A stretch of 64,000 nt of DNA from Reclinomonas americana ATCC 50394 (Eukaryota). Below the pieces are notes generated by a model. It saw only the letters and a list, made by a program, of their open reading frames with translations, searched no databases and was not told the origin of the DNA. A program made the translations under genes and the position numbers. The stretch lies in contig PS015039.1 in NCBI GenBank assembly GCA_048213135.1, positions 39,663 to 103,662 on the forward strand, in the 5' to 3' direction. The number at the start of each line of letters is the position of its first letter. The first letter of the stretch is position 1. Positions 25,988 through 42,589 of this stretch are shown here, piece by piece.

Positions 25988-26744
25988 GTAAAGGAGTAAG
26001 TAATGGGAAAGGGAAGGGAGGTTAAAGGGAAAGGGTGAAGGGGGGAAGGGTGGTGGGGGAAGGCGAAGAAAAGGGTGAAGGCAAAGGGGGTCGGGGGAAG
26101 AAGGGAACGGTGGTGGAGGCAAAATGGTGAGCGAAGACAAAGGGAAGACTGGGAGAGGTGATTGCAAACGGGCGAAGGTCAAGTGGTTGAAGACACAGAG
26201 GTGAAGAATGAAGAGAAGCGAAGGCAACGGAGTGAATGCATAGTGGAGAGGTGAAGAAATGGTGAAAGCAAAGGAATGAAGGGTGAAGGCGAAGAGCGTA
26301 TGCAAAGAGGTAATAGTAATGGAGAGAGACATTAGAAGGGCGAAAGCTGTGATGGTGGCATCCCAGCATGGAGTGCGCGTGCGCGTGGCAATGCAGTCGC
26401 TGGCCACACCCATTTCGACTCTTGGATTGGCGGAGTATGGCAAAAAAAGGTGATGACAGAGGAGCGAAGAGGACAAGATGGAGGAGTGAAGGCAACGAGG
26501 GCGAATGGGTGAGCGACGAGCAAAACAGAGAAATGTGCAGACAACGGGGCGAGTAATGGAGAGGACTGGAGGCAAGGATGAAAGCAACTGGCAAATGTAC
26601 GAAAATAAAAGCAAAGATCTTTGCAAAGCAAAGGGGGGAGGACAGCAGGATGAAGGCAGAGGAAAGAAGGCACAGGAGCAAAAAGATGAAATGGGCATCG
26701 CTATTCGGCGTAGGCAAATGGCTGAAGTGGTAATGAAGCAGTGG

Positions 26745-27345
26745 GCAAAGAAATGAGTTGGAGTGATTGCAAAGAGAAAAAGAAAGAGAGAAAGAGAGAA
26801 ACGAGGGACAGGTAGAGGGAGCGAGAGAAGTAGGAATGCAAACACAGGGAATCGGCAGCGAGCAAAGGATGGAGACAGAAAGAAGAGAAAGCCAGAGGGG
26901 AGAAGCGTAAGGGACAGGTAAGGGGTGAAGGCAAGGAGAGGAGACTACCGTGGGTTGCAGACTTGGCAGCGGGCAAAGAAAAGAGTTGGAGTGATTGCAA
27001 ACAGAAAAAGAGAGAGAGAGAGACAGGCAAGATGGAGAGAAAAGTGCAGAGTGAGAAGTAGGAATGCAAACACAGGGAATCGGCAGCGAGCAAAGGATGG
27101 AGACAGAAAGAAGAGAAAGCCCTGAGGGGAGAAGCGTAAGGGACAAGTAAGGGGTGAAGGCAGAAGGGGTGACAGCCGTGGGGAGAAGACTTGGCAGTGG
27201 GCAAAGAAAAGAGTCGGAGTGATTGCAAACAGAAAAAGAGAAAAACAGCGAGAGAAAGCGAGTGAAATGCAGAGAGAGAAGAAGGAACAGGGATTTGGCA
27301 GCGAGTAAAGGATGGAGACAGAAAGAAGAGGAAGCCAGAGAAGGG
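26745..27345. repeat. Imperfect tandem repeat, about 230-bp unit, about 3 copies, intergenic
   Basis: GGAGTGATTGCAAA...GGAATCGGCAGCGAGCAAAGGATGGAGACAGAAAGAAGA recurs at about 26760, 26988 and 27216. Confidence 0.8.
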
Positions 27346-27598
27346 ATGCGAGGGGGGGGGGCGGAGAATGGAACATGACCCACCCGAGAAGCATCACGGC
27401 TTGCAATCGAAGGATTAGGAAGTCTTGTGGTAAGAGAAGCGCCCTCCAACGATGAGTGCCTGTGATCCTTTGCTCTCACAAGCTCAACCAAGAATCGTGA
27501 ACGTCGTTAAAGGAGTAGCGATAAATGCCTGCTGTTCTCCGTGAGTTGTTGCGCGTTAGCAATCAATCACCCTTCACCCACGCACCTTTCATTTCCCG

Positions 27599-32230
<4,632 letters not shown>

Positions 32231-32312
32231 CGTCGCACACAAAAAAAACTAAAAAGAGCAATGACATCACATTGTCACTCTTCCACTCACTCACTCACAA
32301 AACGAACTCACC

Positions 32313-34700
32313 ATGTCTGCGTCCTCCTCAGAGGCCGATGACACTGAGAGGTACGTCTCTCATTGCTCGTTAACTGCACTGACACACACACACAATCTCT
32401 CACACTTTCTCACACTCTCTCTCACTCTCACACTCACTCACACACTCACACACACACACACACTCTCTCTCTCACTCACTCACTCACTCACTCACTCACT
32501 CACTCACACACTCACACACTCTCTCACTCACACACTCTCTCACTCACTCGCCCACTATCTCTCTCTCTCTCTCTCTCTCTTTCACTCACTCCCTCACTCA
32601 TTCATTCACTCACTCACTCACTCACTCACTCACTCACTCACTCACTCACTCACTCACTCACTCTCTCTCTCTCACTCGCTCACTCACTCACTCACTCACT
32701 CTTTCCCTTCTCCCTCCCTTCTCTCTCTCGCTCTCTCTCACTCTCACACACACTCATTCTTTCTCCTTCTCTCTCTCTCGCTCACACACTGTTTCTCGCT
32801 CACTCACTCACCCTTCCCCTCCCTGCGCACACCCCTTCCCTCCTTGCTCTCTNNNNNNNNNNNNNNNNNNNNNNNNNNNNNNNNNNNNNNNNNNNNNNNN
32901 NNNNNNNNNNNNNNNNNNNNNNNNNNNNNNNNNNNNNNNNNNNNNNNNNNNNNNNNNNNNNNNNNNNNNNNNNNNNNNNNNNNNNNNNNNNNNNNNNNNN
33001 NNNNNNNNNNNNNNNNNNNNNNNNNNNNNNNNNNNGCTCACTCGCTTGCTCTCTCATCGCGTTGGTTTCTCAGTGAAACCGCGTTGGATTGTGCGCTGGA
33101 ATACAACGATGAGGATATGGTTGGTGTTTGTGGATTGCTCTGACTGCGTCTCTCTCTCCCTCCTCCATCACCTTCCTCCTCGACTTCTGCCTCTATTCGT
33201 TGCCCTGTGTATATCCCAGCATCGCTTTCAGGTTCTCTCTTCATTGCTGTCTCTCTCCTTCTCTTCTCTTTCTCTCCTTTCGTCTTTTGTTGTTTTTCCT
33301 CGTGCCCTCTTCATAGCTTTCTCTCTCTCTCTCACCCTGTTCCTCGCCTTCAGTCTCATCTATCGCTCTGCTACAACTTCTCTCTTTTTCTCGCCTTCTA
33401 TCTCCCTGCTCCTTGCCTGCTGCTTTCTTTGTCTTTTTTTGCTGACTCCTTCCTTCCGTCTCCCTCCCTTCCCCCGCCAGCCCTCCTTCCCTCCCCTTTC
33501 TCTCTCTCTCTCTGTGCTCCTACCTGCTTTTCCATTTGTCTCTCTCCCTTCCCCCACTCTCCCTCACCTTCTTCCCCCACCCATCGCCCTTTCGTCTCAC
33601 CTCCTTCTCTCCCCTTTCAGGTCCGCCTGCTCCTCTCCTCACCACTGTGCGACCCGATGCTCTACGACTCGCTCTTCAAGGCCATTGTCAGTTGCAGTCC
33701 CTCCATGGTGCAGCTGCTGCTGAGCGATTCACGGTACTCTTGATTCTCTGCCTCGCCCTTTCGTCGTCCTTCATCTCACTCGACTGGTCAGGGTCAATCC
33801 GGCGGCCACGATCGACTGCGGCGTGGACGAGCTAGAGGTGACGGTGCTGAGTGTGGCGGCTGGTCGTGATCGACCGGCCATGGTGACGCTGCTGCTGGCC
33901 GATCCGCGGGTGGACCCGGCAGCGGAGAATAGGTGCGTGCGTGCGTGTGTATGTATGTATGCATGTATGCATGTATGTATGTGTATGTGTGTGTATGTGT
34001 GTGTGTGTGTGTGTGTGTGTTCGTGTGTGTGTGTATGTGTGTGTGTGTGTGCGTGTGTGTGAATGCGTGCATCTTTGATTGTGCGAGAGAAAGACTGAGA
34101 GAGTTTGTCGGATTGGTATTGTGCCTTTGATTTATCGCTCACTTCTTCGTACGCAGCTGTGCCCTGTCTGCGGCGGCACGCGCTGGCTCGGTGGAATGCA
34201 TGGGCCTGCTCATGTCGGACCATCGTGCAAATCCGGCGGCAGTCGATGTGCAGTCGTACACGGTGGTGGAGAGGGCGGCCGAGGGCGGCTCGGTGGAGAT
34301 TTTGAAAATGCTGCGCGCGGATCCGCGAGTGGACTTTATTGGTGCGTTCATTCGCATACACGACCCTTCCCCACCCTTTCCCCTAAACCCACCTCCTCCG
34401 CCACAGGAGCCGCACAAAAGGCGCTTTATCTGGCCGCGCAGGGATTCCACGCCGACGCGGTGCGCTACTTGCTCGAACAGGGACTGGAGGACGGGGAGGA
34501 CGATCTGGCGCTGGCGGCGGCGGCGGCCCCACCACCGCGCGGCCTGACTCGCGATTTCCCCAAGCGCATCAGCGACGGCTCGAAGATTGTGCGCCTGCTG
34601 GCCATGACGCACTCCTCGCTGCGTGATCCGGATGTGGATGCGGAGATGCCGTGGCCCACATCACCACTGGTTCGCTTTCCGATTCCCTACTTTTCCCTTC
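32313..34700 (+). CDS. Ankyrin-repeat protein, multi-exon (3' end uncertain)
   Basis: ETALDCALEYNDEDM|VRLLLS, MVQLLLSDSR|VNPAA, VLSVAAGRDRPAMVTLLLADPRVDPAA, ERAAEGGSVEILKML, ALYLAAQGFHADAVRYLL. Confidence 0.8.
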
Positions 34701-35481
34701 TCTCTCTCGGTCTCTTTCTTCAAGTAGATCACTTGTGCTCCTCGTCCTGTCCCTCCATTAGAGATACAGGGCCAGAGACAGGTAGAGAGTGTGTGTGAAG
34801 AAGAACGACAACTGCAGAGAAAGAATGAGAGTGCACAACCAGATCACCGTGCTCCTCGTGGTCAGAGAGAGAGAGAGAGAGAGATGAAGAATAAGAACTA
34901 CAACAGAGAGAGAATGCGAGTGCAGAGCCAGATCAGGATGCTCTTCGTGGTCAGAAAGAGAGAGAGATTCTGAAGAAGAAGAGCACGAACAACAACAGAG
35001 AGAGAATCAGAGTGCAGAGCCAGATCAGCATGCTCGTTGTCCTGTCCCTCCATTAGAGACGCAAGGCCAGAGAGAGAGAGAGAGAGAGAGNNNNNNNNNN
35101 NNNNNNNNNNNNNNNNNNNNNNNNNNNNNNNNNNNNNNNNNNNNNNNNNNNNNNNNNNNNNNNNNNNNNNNNNNNNNNNNNNNNNNNNNNNNNNNNNNNN
35201 NNNNNNNNNNNNNNNNNNNNNNNNAAAGGGATGTGCAGGAGTGGAAACGGGGAAAGGGATGTGCAGAATGAAGGGAGATTTAGGCTTTATGAACGATGGG
35301 GAGAGGCAGAGTCATGGGCGCGGAAGCAGCTGAAGATGCAATCGAGTGTGGAGACTGCCATGTTCTGAGAACGTTTTCCACACGAGATAGAAAGCAGATA
35401 CGCGCACCCAGACCTCAGAACAGGACTTCGTTGTTTCGTCCCACCATGACAACTTTTGTCATTTTCTCCGAGTCACACTCA

Positions 35482-35888
35482 ATGTCGCGCGCCTTGATCA
35501 TTGCCGCACTGATCGCCCTCCTGGTGCTCTCAGTCGCCACAGTGGACGCTCGTCGTTCACGCTCAGACGATGAGGTGAGAGAGGAGGAGAGAGAGAGAAG
35601 AGAAGAGAGGAGAGAAAAGAGAGAGAGAAGAGTGTGTGAGTGAGGGTGTGTGCAGGTGTGTGTGTTTGACTGTGAGTGAGAGAGAAGAGTGTGTGTGTGA
35701 GAGAGAGAGCATGCACTGAGCGATAGTGTGTGTGCATGTGTGTGTTTGACAGAGTGTGCGTGTTGAGAAGAAGGTTGTGTGTGTGTGTGTGTGTGAGAGA
35801 GAGAAAGAGAGAGTGAGAGAGACAAGCTGCACACACGCTGCATTCACATACTTGCACACATGCACACACACATGCTCACACTCACCTC

Positions 35889-35934
<46 letters not shown>

Positions 35935-38900
35935 NNNNNNNNNNNNNNNNNNNNNNNNNNNNNNNNNNNNNNNNNNNNNNNNNNNNNNNNNNNNNNNNNN
36001 NNNNNNNNNNNNNNNNNNNNNNNNNNNNNNNNNNNNNNNNNNNNNNNNNNNNNNTCTCTCTCTCTCTCTCTCTCTCTCTCCCTCCAGTGTGTTTGCATGC
36101 AGTGACCCCCTCTTGATTTTCCGCATTTTGTTCAACTTTTTTTGTGTTTTTTCCCCCTCCAGGTTGGATCACTTCAACGCGCTTGACACGCGTACGTACC
36201 AGCAGCGCTACTATGTGAACACGCAGTTTTGGACGAGCAAGAGCAATCCGGTGTTTTGTTGCGTGATCGGGATGGGAGATGCGAAGATTCGATGGGGGGT
36301 GTGAGGGGAAGAGCTTGGTGTGGAAAGGGTATTATGCATGTGCTGTAGAGCGGGTATGCATACTCTCGCCCCCTCGCTCTCCTTTGCTCCAATGTCGCTC
36401 TCCTTGGCTCCATGTCGCTCTCTCCTTGGCTCCATGCCGCTCTCTCCTTGGCTCCATGTCGCCCCCTCCTTTGCTCCATGTCGCTCTCTCCTTGGCTCCA
36501 TGTCGCTCTCTCCTTGGCTCCATGACGCCCTCTCCTTGGCTCCATGCCGCTCTCTCCTTGGCTCCATGTCGCTCTCGCCTTGGCTCCATATCGCTCTCTC
36601 CTTTGCTTCATGTCGCTCTCTCCTTGGCTCCATGACGCTCTCTCCTCGGCTCCATGTCGCTCTCCTAGGCTCCGCGTCGCTCTCCGTGTCGCTCTCCCTC
36701 TCGCTCCGTGTCGCTCTCCCTCTCGCTCCGTGTCGCTCTCCCTCTCGCTCCGTGTCGCTCTCCCTCGCTCCGTGTCGCTCTCCCTCTCGGTCCGTGTCGC
36801 TCTCCCTCGCTCCGTGTCGCTCTCCCACTCGCTCCGTGTCGCTCTCCCACTCGCTCCGTGTCGCTCTCCCACTCGCTCCGTGTCGCTCTCCCACTCGCTC
36901 CGTGTCGCTCTCCCACTCGCTCCGTGTCGCTCTCCCACTCGCTCCATGTCGCTCTCTCCTTGGCTCCATGGCGCTCTCCTCTTGGTTCCATGTCGCTCTC
37001 TCTTTTGCTCCATGTCGCTCTCTCGACTCGCTTCCCGTGTCACGCTCTCTCCTTTGCTCCATGTCGCTCTCTCCTTGGCCCTCATGTCGCTCTCTCCTTG
37101 GCCCTCATGTCGCTCTCTCCTTGGCCCTCATGTCGCTCTCTCCTCGCTCCCTGTGCCGCTCTCCTCTTGGCTCCATGTCGCTCTCCCCTCGCTCTTGCTC
37201 CTCTTTGCCCTTTACATCTCCTTGTCTCTCACCCTCACTCACCTCCCTTGCAGTGTTCATCGGCGGCGAGGGCCCTCTGGCCACCAAGTGGGTGTCGCAG
37301 GGCTTGATGTACGACTTGGCGCAGGTGTGTCTTTTTATTGATACCTTCACCGCGCTTCCTTCTGCTGACCCCCGTGCGCAGAAATACGGCGCCATGTTGG
37401 TGGCCGTCGAGCACCGGTGAGTTACACGCGTCATTCTCACACCTCGCAGCATTTATGCTCACCCTCCGTCTCCACAGCTACTACGGCAAGAGCAACCCCG
37501 TGTCCGACCTCTCCACCCCGAACATGCAGTGGCTGTCGAGCAAGCAGGCGTTGCGTCCTTTTCCACCAACCTCTCCTGTCCGTTCCTCTTTTTAAATCCC
37601 CCTGTCTCCACGCAGCCTGTACGACCTCGCCAACTTCCAGCAGACCATGACGTCGCAGTGGGGTGCCGACGGAGTTTCGTCCACCTCAACTCTCCCCTTA
37701 CCTTCCCTCCTTCCCTCACCCATCCCCCGACAGGCCAAGTGGGTGGCCTTTGGCGGCAGCTACCCCGGCAACCTGGCGGCCTGGTACCGCCTCAAGTTCC
37801 CCAACCTGGTGGTCGGCTCGGTGGCGGCCTCGGCGCCCGTCAACGCCAAGCTCGACTATTTCGAGTACTACCAGGTCATGCAGGCGACCCTCGGCACCAC
37901 CTGCGCCCCGCTCTACAACATTGCCATTACCACCATTGGCAACCTGCTGACCAGCGACAGTGGTCGTCAGCAGCTGGCTGTTGCGTGTGTGTAGACAAAG
38001 AAGAGAGTGTGGAGAACTGATGTCTGTCGTGTCACAGTCCAAGTTCATGACGTGCGCGCCCATCACCGACCCGGCGCTGTTCGCCTATGCCATGATTGTG
38101 AGTCAAAAATGTGAAGATCTCTGTGTGTTCCACTCCTCATTGCCCTCTGCAGGACCCGGCGGCCGAGGCCGTGCAGTACGACAACCCCCCGTCGTTCCCC
38201 GTCGGCGCCTTCTGCAAGCAGTTTGAGCTTTCGCAGTGGTGCGTCTTGCGAGTCCCTGCGTTGCTCTGTCACTGCTTACACTTTGTTGCAGGGATGAGGT
38301 CACCAACCTCAGCATCCTCGTCCAGAACTCGCTGAAGCAGCAAGGAGTTGCGTGCGTTACTTCTGGCACATGTAATCGAGATTCTCACCCTTTCCCCCAC
38401 CCCACAGCTGCCATGCCTCGACATTGACATGTTTGCCGACCTGCGCAACACCACCGTCTCCATGTCGAACGCCCGTCCGTGGTACTGGCAAAAGTGCACC
38501 GAGTTTGGCTACTTTAAGTTGCGGTGTGCGCATCATGTTCTCCGCTGCAGAGCAAGACTGACTCTCGTGTACACAAAGGAACGCTCGCCCCGGTGGCATT
38601 GTGTTGCCGCTGGTTGACGCCACGCTGCATGAGCGCTTCTGCCGCGGTGAGTCGATCCCCTTCCCACACTCCCACGCTTTCAACTAATCTCCTCCCGTCT
38701 CGCAGCGGCCTTTGGTGTGTACCCGCCGCCTGTGAATGACACCAACGCCTACTATGGTGGCCTCGAGTTTGGTGGCACCAACGTCTTTTGTTGCGTTCAG
38801 CCTCCTTCTCCATGAGAGTGTGTTCGTGTCGTGCTCACTGTCGAATGCAGTCACCAACGGCGACTACGATCCGTGGCACGCGCTGTCCATTCTGCAGCCG

Positions 38901-39041
38901 ATTCCCGCTCGCAACGTGCAGTCGTTTGTGTACACGGGTGCCGCTCACTGCGCGCCGCTGTACCAGAAGCAGGACAATGACCCGCCGTCGGTCACCCAGT
39001 GCCGCCAGCAGATTGACACGTTTGTCGGTGCTCTGCTGTGA
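35482..39041 (+). CDS. Serine carboxypeptidase family S28 (PRCP/TSSP-like), secreted, about 14 exons
   Basis: Signal peptide MSRALIIAALIALLVLSVATVDA; LDHFN...YQQRYYVN, PVFLFIGGEGP, VEHRYYGKS, SSKQALYDLANF, WVAFGGSYPG (catalytic Ser), RPWYWQKCTEFGYF, TNGDYDPWH, GAAHC. A phase mismatch implies an exon is hidden in the N gap. Confidence 0.95.
36385..37190. repeat. Intronic minisatellite (20-22 bp units)
   Basis: Tandem CATGTCGCTCTCTCCTTGGCTC and CGTGTCGCTCTCCCACTCGCTC units. Confidence 0.95.
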
Positions 39042-39169
39042 GACGCGTGTCCCCCTGCTTTTGCCTATTTCTGAGCTGCGTGCATGAGAGCCGCAATGAA
39101 TCTCCAAGAATAACAACGAGCAATTACAAAGAGTGGTGTTGACGTCGTGGACACCAAATGAGGAGAAGC

Positions 39170-39995
39170 ACGCAGAAGAGAGACGCTGCCTCTGCACACT
39201 CCACTGCGGCTCTCTCGCGCACACCGCATTGCAATCTCTTCTGTGCGCACATATCATGGAGTTCTCTAACAGCAATATTAATCACGTTGCATTCAGTTTG
39301 TTTGTGACCTGATGCCGGGGAAGAGAGAGAAAGCGAGGGAGGAGACGCTGCTTCTGCACACTCCTCTACGGCAATCTCTCACAAACCGCACTGCAACCTC
39401 CTCTGCATGCATATATCATGGAGTTCTCTAGCAGCAATCACGTTGCATTCAGTTTGTTTGCGACCTGATGCCGGGGAAGAGAGAGAAAGCGAGAGAACAG
39501 ACGCTGCCTCTGCACACTCCACACACAGCATTGCAATCTTCTCTGCGCATATACTATCATGGAGTTCTCTAACAGCAATCACGTTGCATTCAGTTTGTTT
39601 TTGACCCGATGCCGGGGAGGAGAGAGAAAGCGAGAGAGGAGACGCTGCCTCTGCACATTCGACTTCGACTCTCTTGCACACACCGCATTGTAATCTCTTC
39701 TGCACGAACAACAAGATGATTCTCTAACAGCTTGTTTTTGACCTGATGCCGGGAAGAGAGAGAAAGCGAGAGAAGACGCCGCCTCTGCACACTCCACGCA
39801 CAGCATTGCAATCTTCTCTGCGCATATACTATCATGGAGTTCTCTAACAGCAATCACGTTGCATTCAGTTTGTTTGTGACCTGATGCCGGAAGACGCCGC
39901 CTCTGCACACCCCACACACAGCATTGCAATCTCCTCTGCATGCACAACAAGGAGTTCTCTAACAGCAATCACGTTGCATTCAGTTTGTTTTTTGA
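39170..39995. repeat. Intergenic tandem repeat, about 115-155 bp unit, about 6 copies
   Basis: GCAATCACGTTGCATTCAGTTTGTTT..GACCTGATGCCGGG...GACGCTGCCTCTGCACACTCC...GGAGTTCTCTAACA repeated. Confidence 0.9.
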
Positions 39996-40133
39996 CCTAG
40001 TGCAGAGCCAACAACTCCGCAGAAGAAGAAGAGAGAAGAGAGAAGAGAGAAACTAACATTGCACACACCAACAGTACTCTCGCGCAGCAGACGGCGCGAG
40101 GAAAAAAAGATAAGCACTCACGGGGGTGCATGC

Positions 40134-42150
40134 TTAAGGAATGTTGACGACCTCAATGTTGCGGTCGGCGTACAGAGTGCGCGAGCGCTCGCGCACCGCA
40201 GAGTACTTGTCCGTCGGCGTGGCAAAACGCACCACGGCAGCGCTCAGCGACTTGTAGGTGCCAGTTCTGCACACAAGAGTCAGACGACCATGCTTCCCCC
40301 ACACTCCGCGTGACAATCGACGCAACTCGGCTCGCTTCGGTACCAGCTTCACACCCACGACATTGTAGTTGCGGAACATTTGCTTGACGGCATCCTCGGT
40401 GACGTCATTCGGCAGGTTGGTGACAGTGGCGGCGCAGTCGCCGGTGGTCAGCTGGCGCAGCCAGTCGGCCGGTCGGCGTGATTCAATGTCGGATTCGAGA
40501 ACCTTTTAAAGAGGGAGGTGAGAAGGAAGGAAAGGGAGGGGAAAGGAGGGAGAGGGTGTGGGGGCGCAACAGAGGACAGGAGCACAGGTCGCATGCCGAT
40601 GAACTTTTGCCGTGTTTGCAGGAGGCGGTTCACTTCCTCGGCGGATTTGAGAGATACTTGCCAGGTGCCGGATGGGCGGCAGCTGCGAGGAAGGGGAAGG
40701 TTGAGGGGAAGGGATTGGGAAGGGGGTAATTGGGAAAGGGAGGGTAGGAGAGATAGGGGATGGGGGAGGGAGGGGAAGGGGAAGGAGAGGAGAAGGGAAG
40801 GGACAGGGAGGGGAAGAGAAAAGAAAGGCAAAGATGAGGGTGAAGGAGATGGGATGTGCGTGCAGGTTTGAGAGGGGGAGACGAGAGGGGGAGACGAGAG
40901 GGGGAGACGAGAGGGGGAGACGAGAGGGGGAGACGAGAGGGGGAGACGAGAGGGGAGCAGCGAGAGGGGGACGAGAGGGGGAGGCGAGTGGGAGAGGCGA
41001 GAATGGGTGAAAGGAGAAAGTTTGAGGACAGAGGTTCCAGGGCCACGGACAATAAGAGAATCCTGAGGATAGGATGCAGTGCGCACGAAATACGAATACT
41101 ACTACAAGACAATAGGAGCACGGTGACAGAAATTAACTACGCAGGTGTTCTCTGCATGACACGCACGCACGACTAGAAACAGAGTGAGTAGATATCCAAG
41201 GAGGTTGATCGAACAGCCGCGCACAAGACAACACAGTCGGAAAGCAATTGTGACGAGGTGACGTGCATGGAAGCACACCGGATACGAGAGATCAAGGACA
41301 CTGCATGAAACGGATCGCGGGAACGGAGTCCATGCAAGTGCGTTCCCAGAGAGACCAAGAAGATGCAGGCACACCTCACAAAGGCGAAGCATACAACGGT
41401 GCTCATGCTCGTGCAAAGAACGAAGGCCACTGCATGAAAAAGGAGTACACGCAAGCATGTTCGAGGAGACACAAGAAGTTTCAGGCACAGCGTGCTGCAC
41501 ACGAAGTTATGCACAGCTGATACGAGAGAGGGGGCGGCGACGCAAGTGCGAATAAAGAAGAGAATGCAACTGCGCGACAAGGGGAGGACAAGGAGCTCAT
41601 ACACGGTTGATAACGAGAGAAACGAGAAGTTACAGGCACAGCGCAGCACATAAGGTTTACGCATGTGCAAGCCCAAGGACCGCTGCACGATCAGAAGATT
41701 GCGCACAAATGAATTCATGACAGCATGTTCACGAGAGAGACAAGGAGCTTCAGGCACAGCTGACAGGTGAGAAGCACAAGGGGGCGGCGACGCAAGCACG
41801 AATGAACAGAAGCCTATTACACAAATCGGAGCTCATTCTCAATATGACACAAAAAGTCTCAGACACAGCTGACACATGAGAAGAACAAGACGGTGGCCAC
41901 ATACGAGCACAGATAAAGATCGGAGAAGCACACGGCATGAGACAACCACCAGTATCTAACAAGTGCGACAACGGAGATTCGGAGCCTCATTTTCCCTCTC
42001 CTTCTCTCTCTTCCCACTTCTCCCATACTCACCGCGCATCAAACTCGCACTGCAACTGCGCATCCGCATCGACCTCCACCGACGCATTCGCCAAAAATCT
42101 CACAATGTCACTCTTCAGCGCATACGCCGGCGCCTGTCGGATGCGCACCA
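40134..42150 (-). CDS. RNA-recognition-motif (two RRM-like domains) protein, multi-exon; 5' end uncertain
   Basis: MVRIRQAPAYALKSDIVRFL..., GTWQVSLKSAEEVNRLL, ATVTNLPNDVTEDAVKQMFRNYNV...AVVRFATPTDKYSAVRERSRTLYADRNIEV*. Confidence 0.7.
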
Positions 42151-42589
42151 TCGTCGACAGAGGACCTTATCATAATGGCAAGAAATAAGCAAGCAGATCT
42201 CTGAGAGAGAGAGAGATAGAGTGCAAGTGTAGGCGACGTCTATGGTGCATTAAGAGAGAGAGAGAGGAGTGAGTGCGTGTCTGTGTGAGCCTTTGTGACC
42301 CTTTGCTTCTCTCTCTCTCTCCGCATTCTTCTTCTTTCTCTTCCCCCTCTCAGCGCGAGGACGTAGGAGTGAGCGGGAAGCCTTTGTGCGCTTGCTGTCT
42401 CTCTCTCTCTCTCTCTCTCTCTCGTTGTGCGTATGTCATTGTGTGAATCTCTTTCTCTCTCATGCTGCNNNNNNNNNNNNNNNNNNNNNNNNNNNNNNNN
42501 NNNNNNNNNNNNNNNNNNNNNNNNNNNNNNNNNNNNNNNNNNNNNNNNNNNNNNNNNNNNNNNNNNNNNNGTCGGCCGGTGGAGTGCGG

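Noticed and set aside
25526-27491. 439-aa and 489-aa minus-strand ORFs
   Set aside because: They are F/L/S/P low-complexity translations of purine-rich intergenic repeats or of the GT61 antisense strand.
36174-37420. Long ORFs on both strands over the minisatellite
   Set aside because: Stop-free repeat units inside an S28 intron produce spurious ORFs.
39170-39995. Regularly spaced repeats suggesting a CRISPR array
   Set aside because: Whole units, including the would-be spacers, are homologous. There are no cas genes and the context is eukaryotic; it is a minisatellite.
41160-41960. Possible mobile element in the long RRM-gene intron
   Set aside because: Only degenerate short direct repeats are present, with no terminal repeats, target-site duplication or transposase/RT coding signal.
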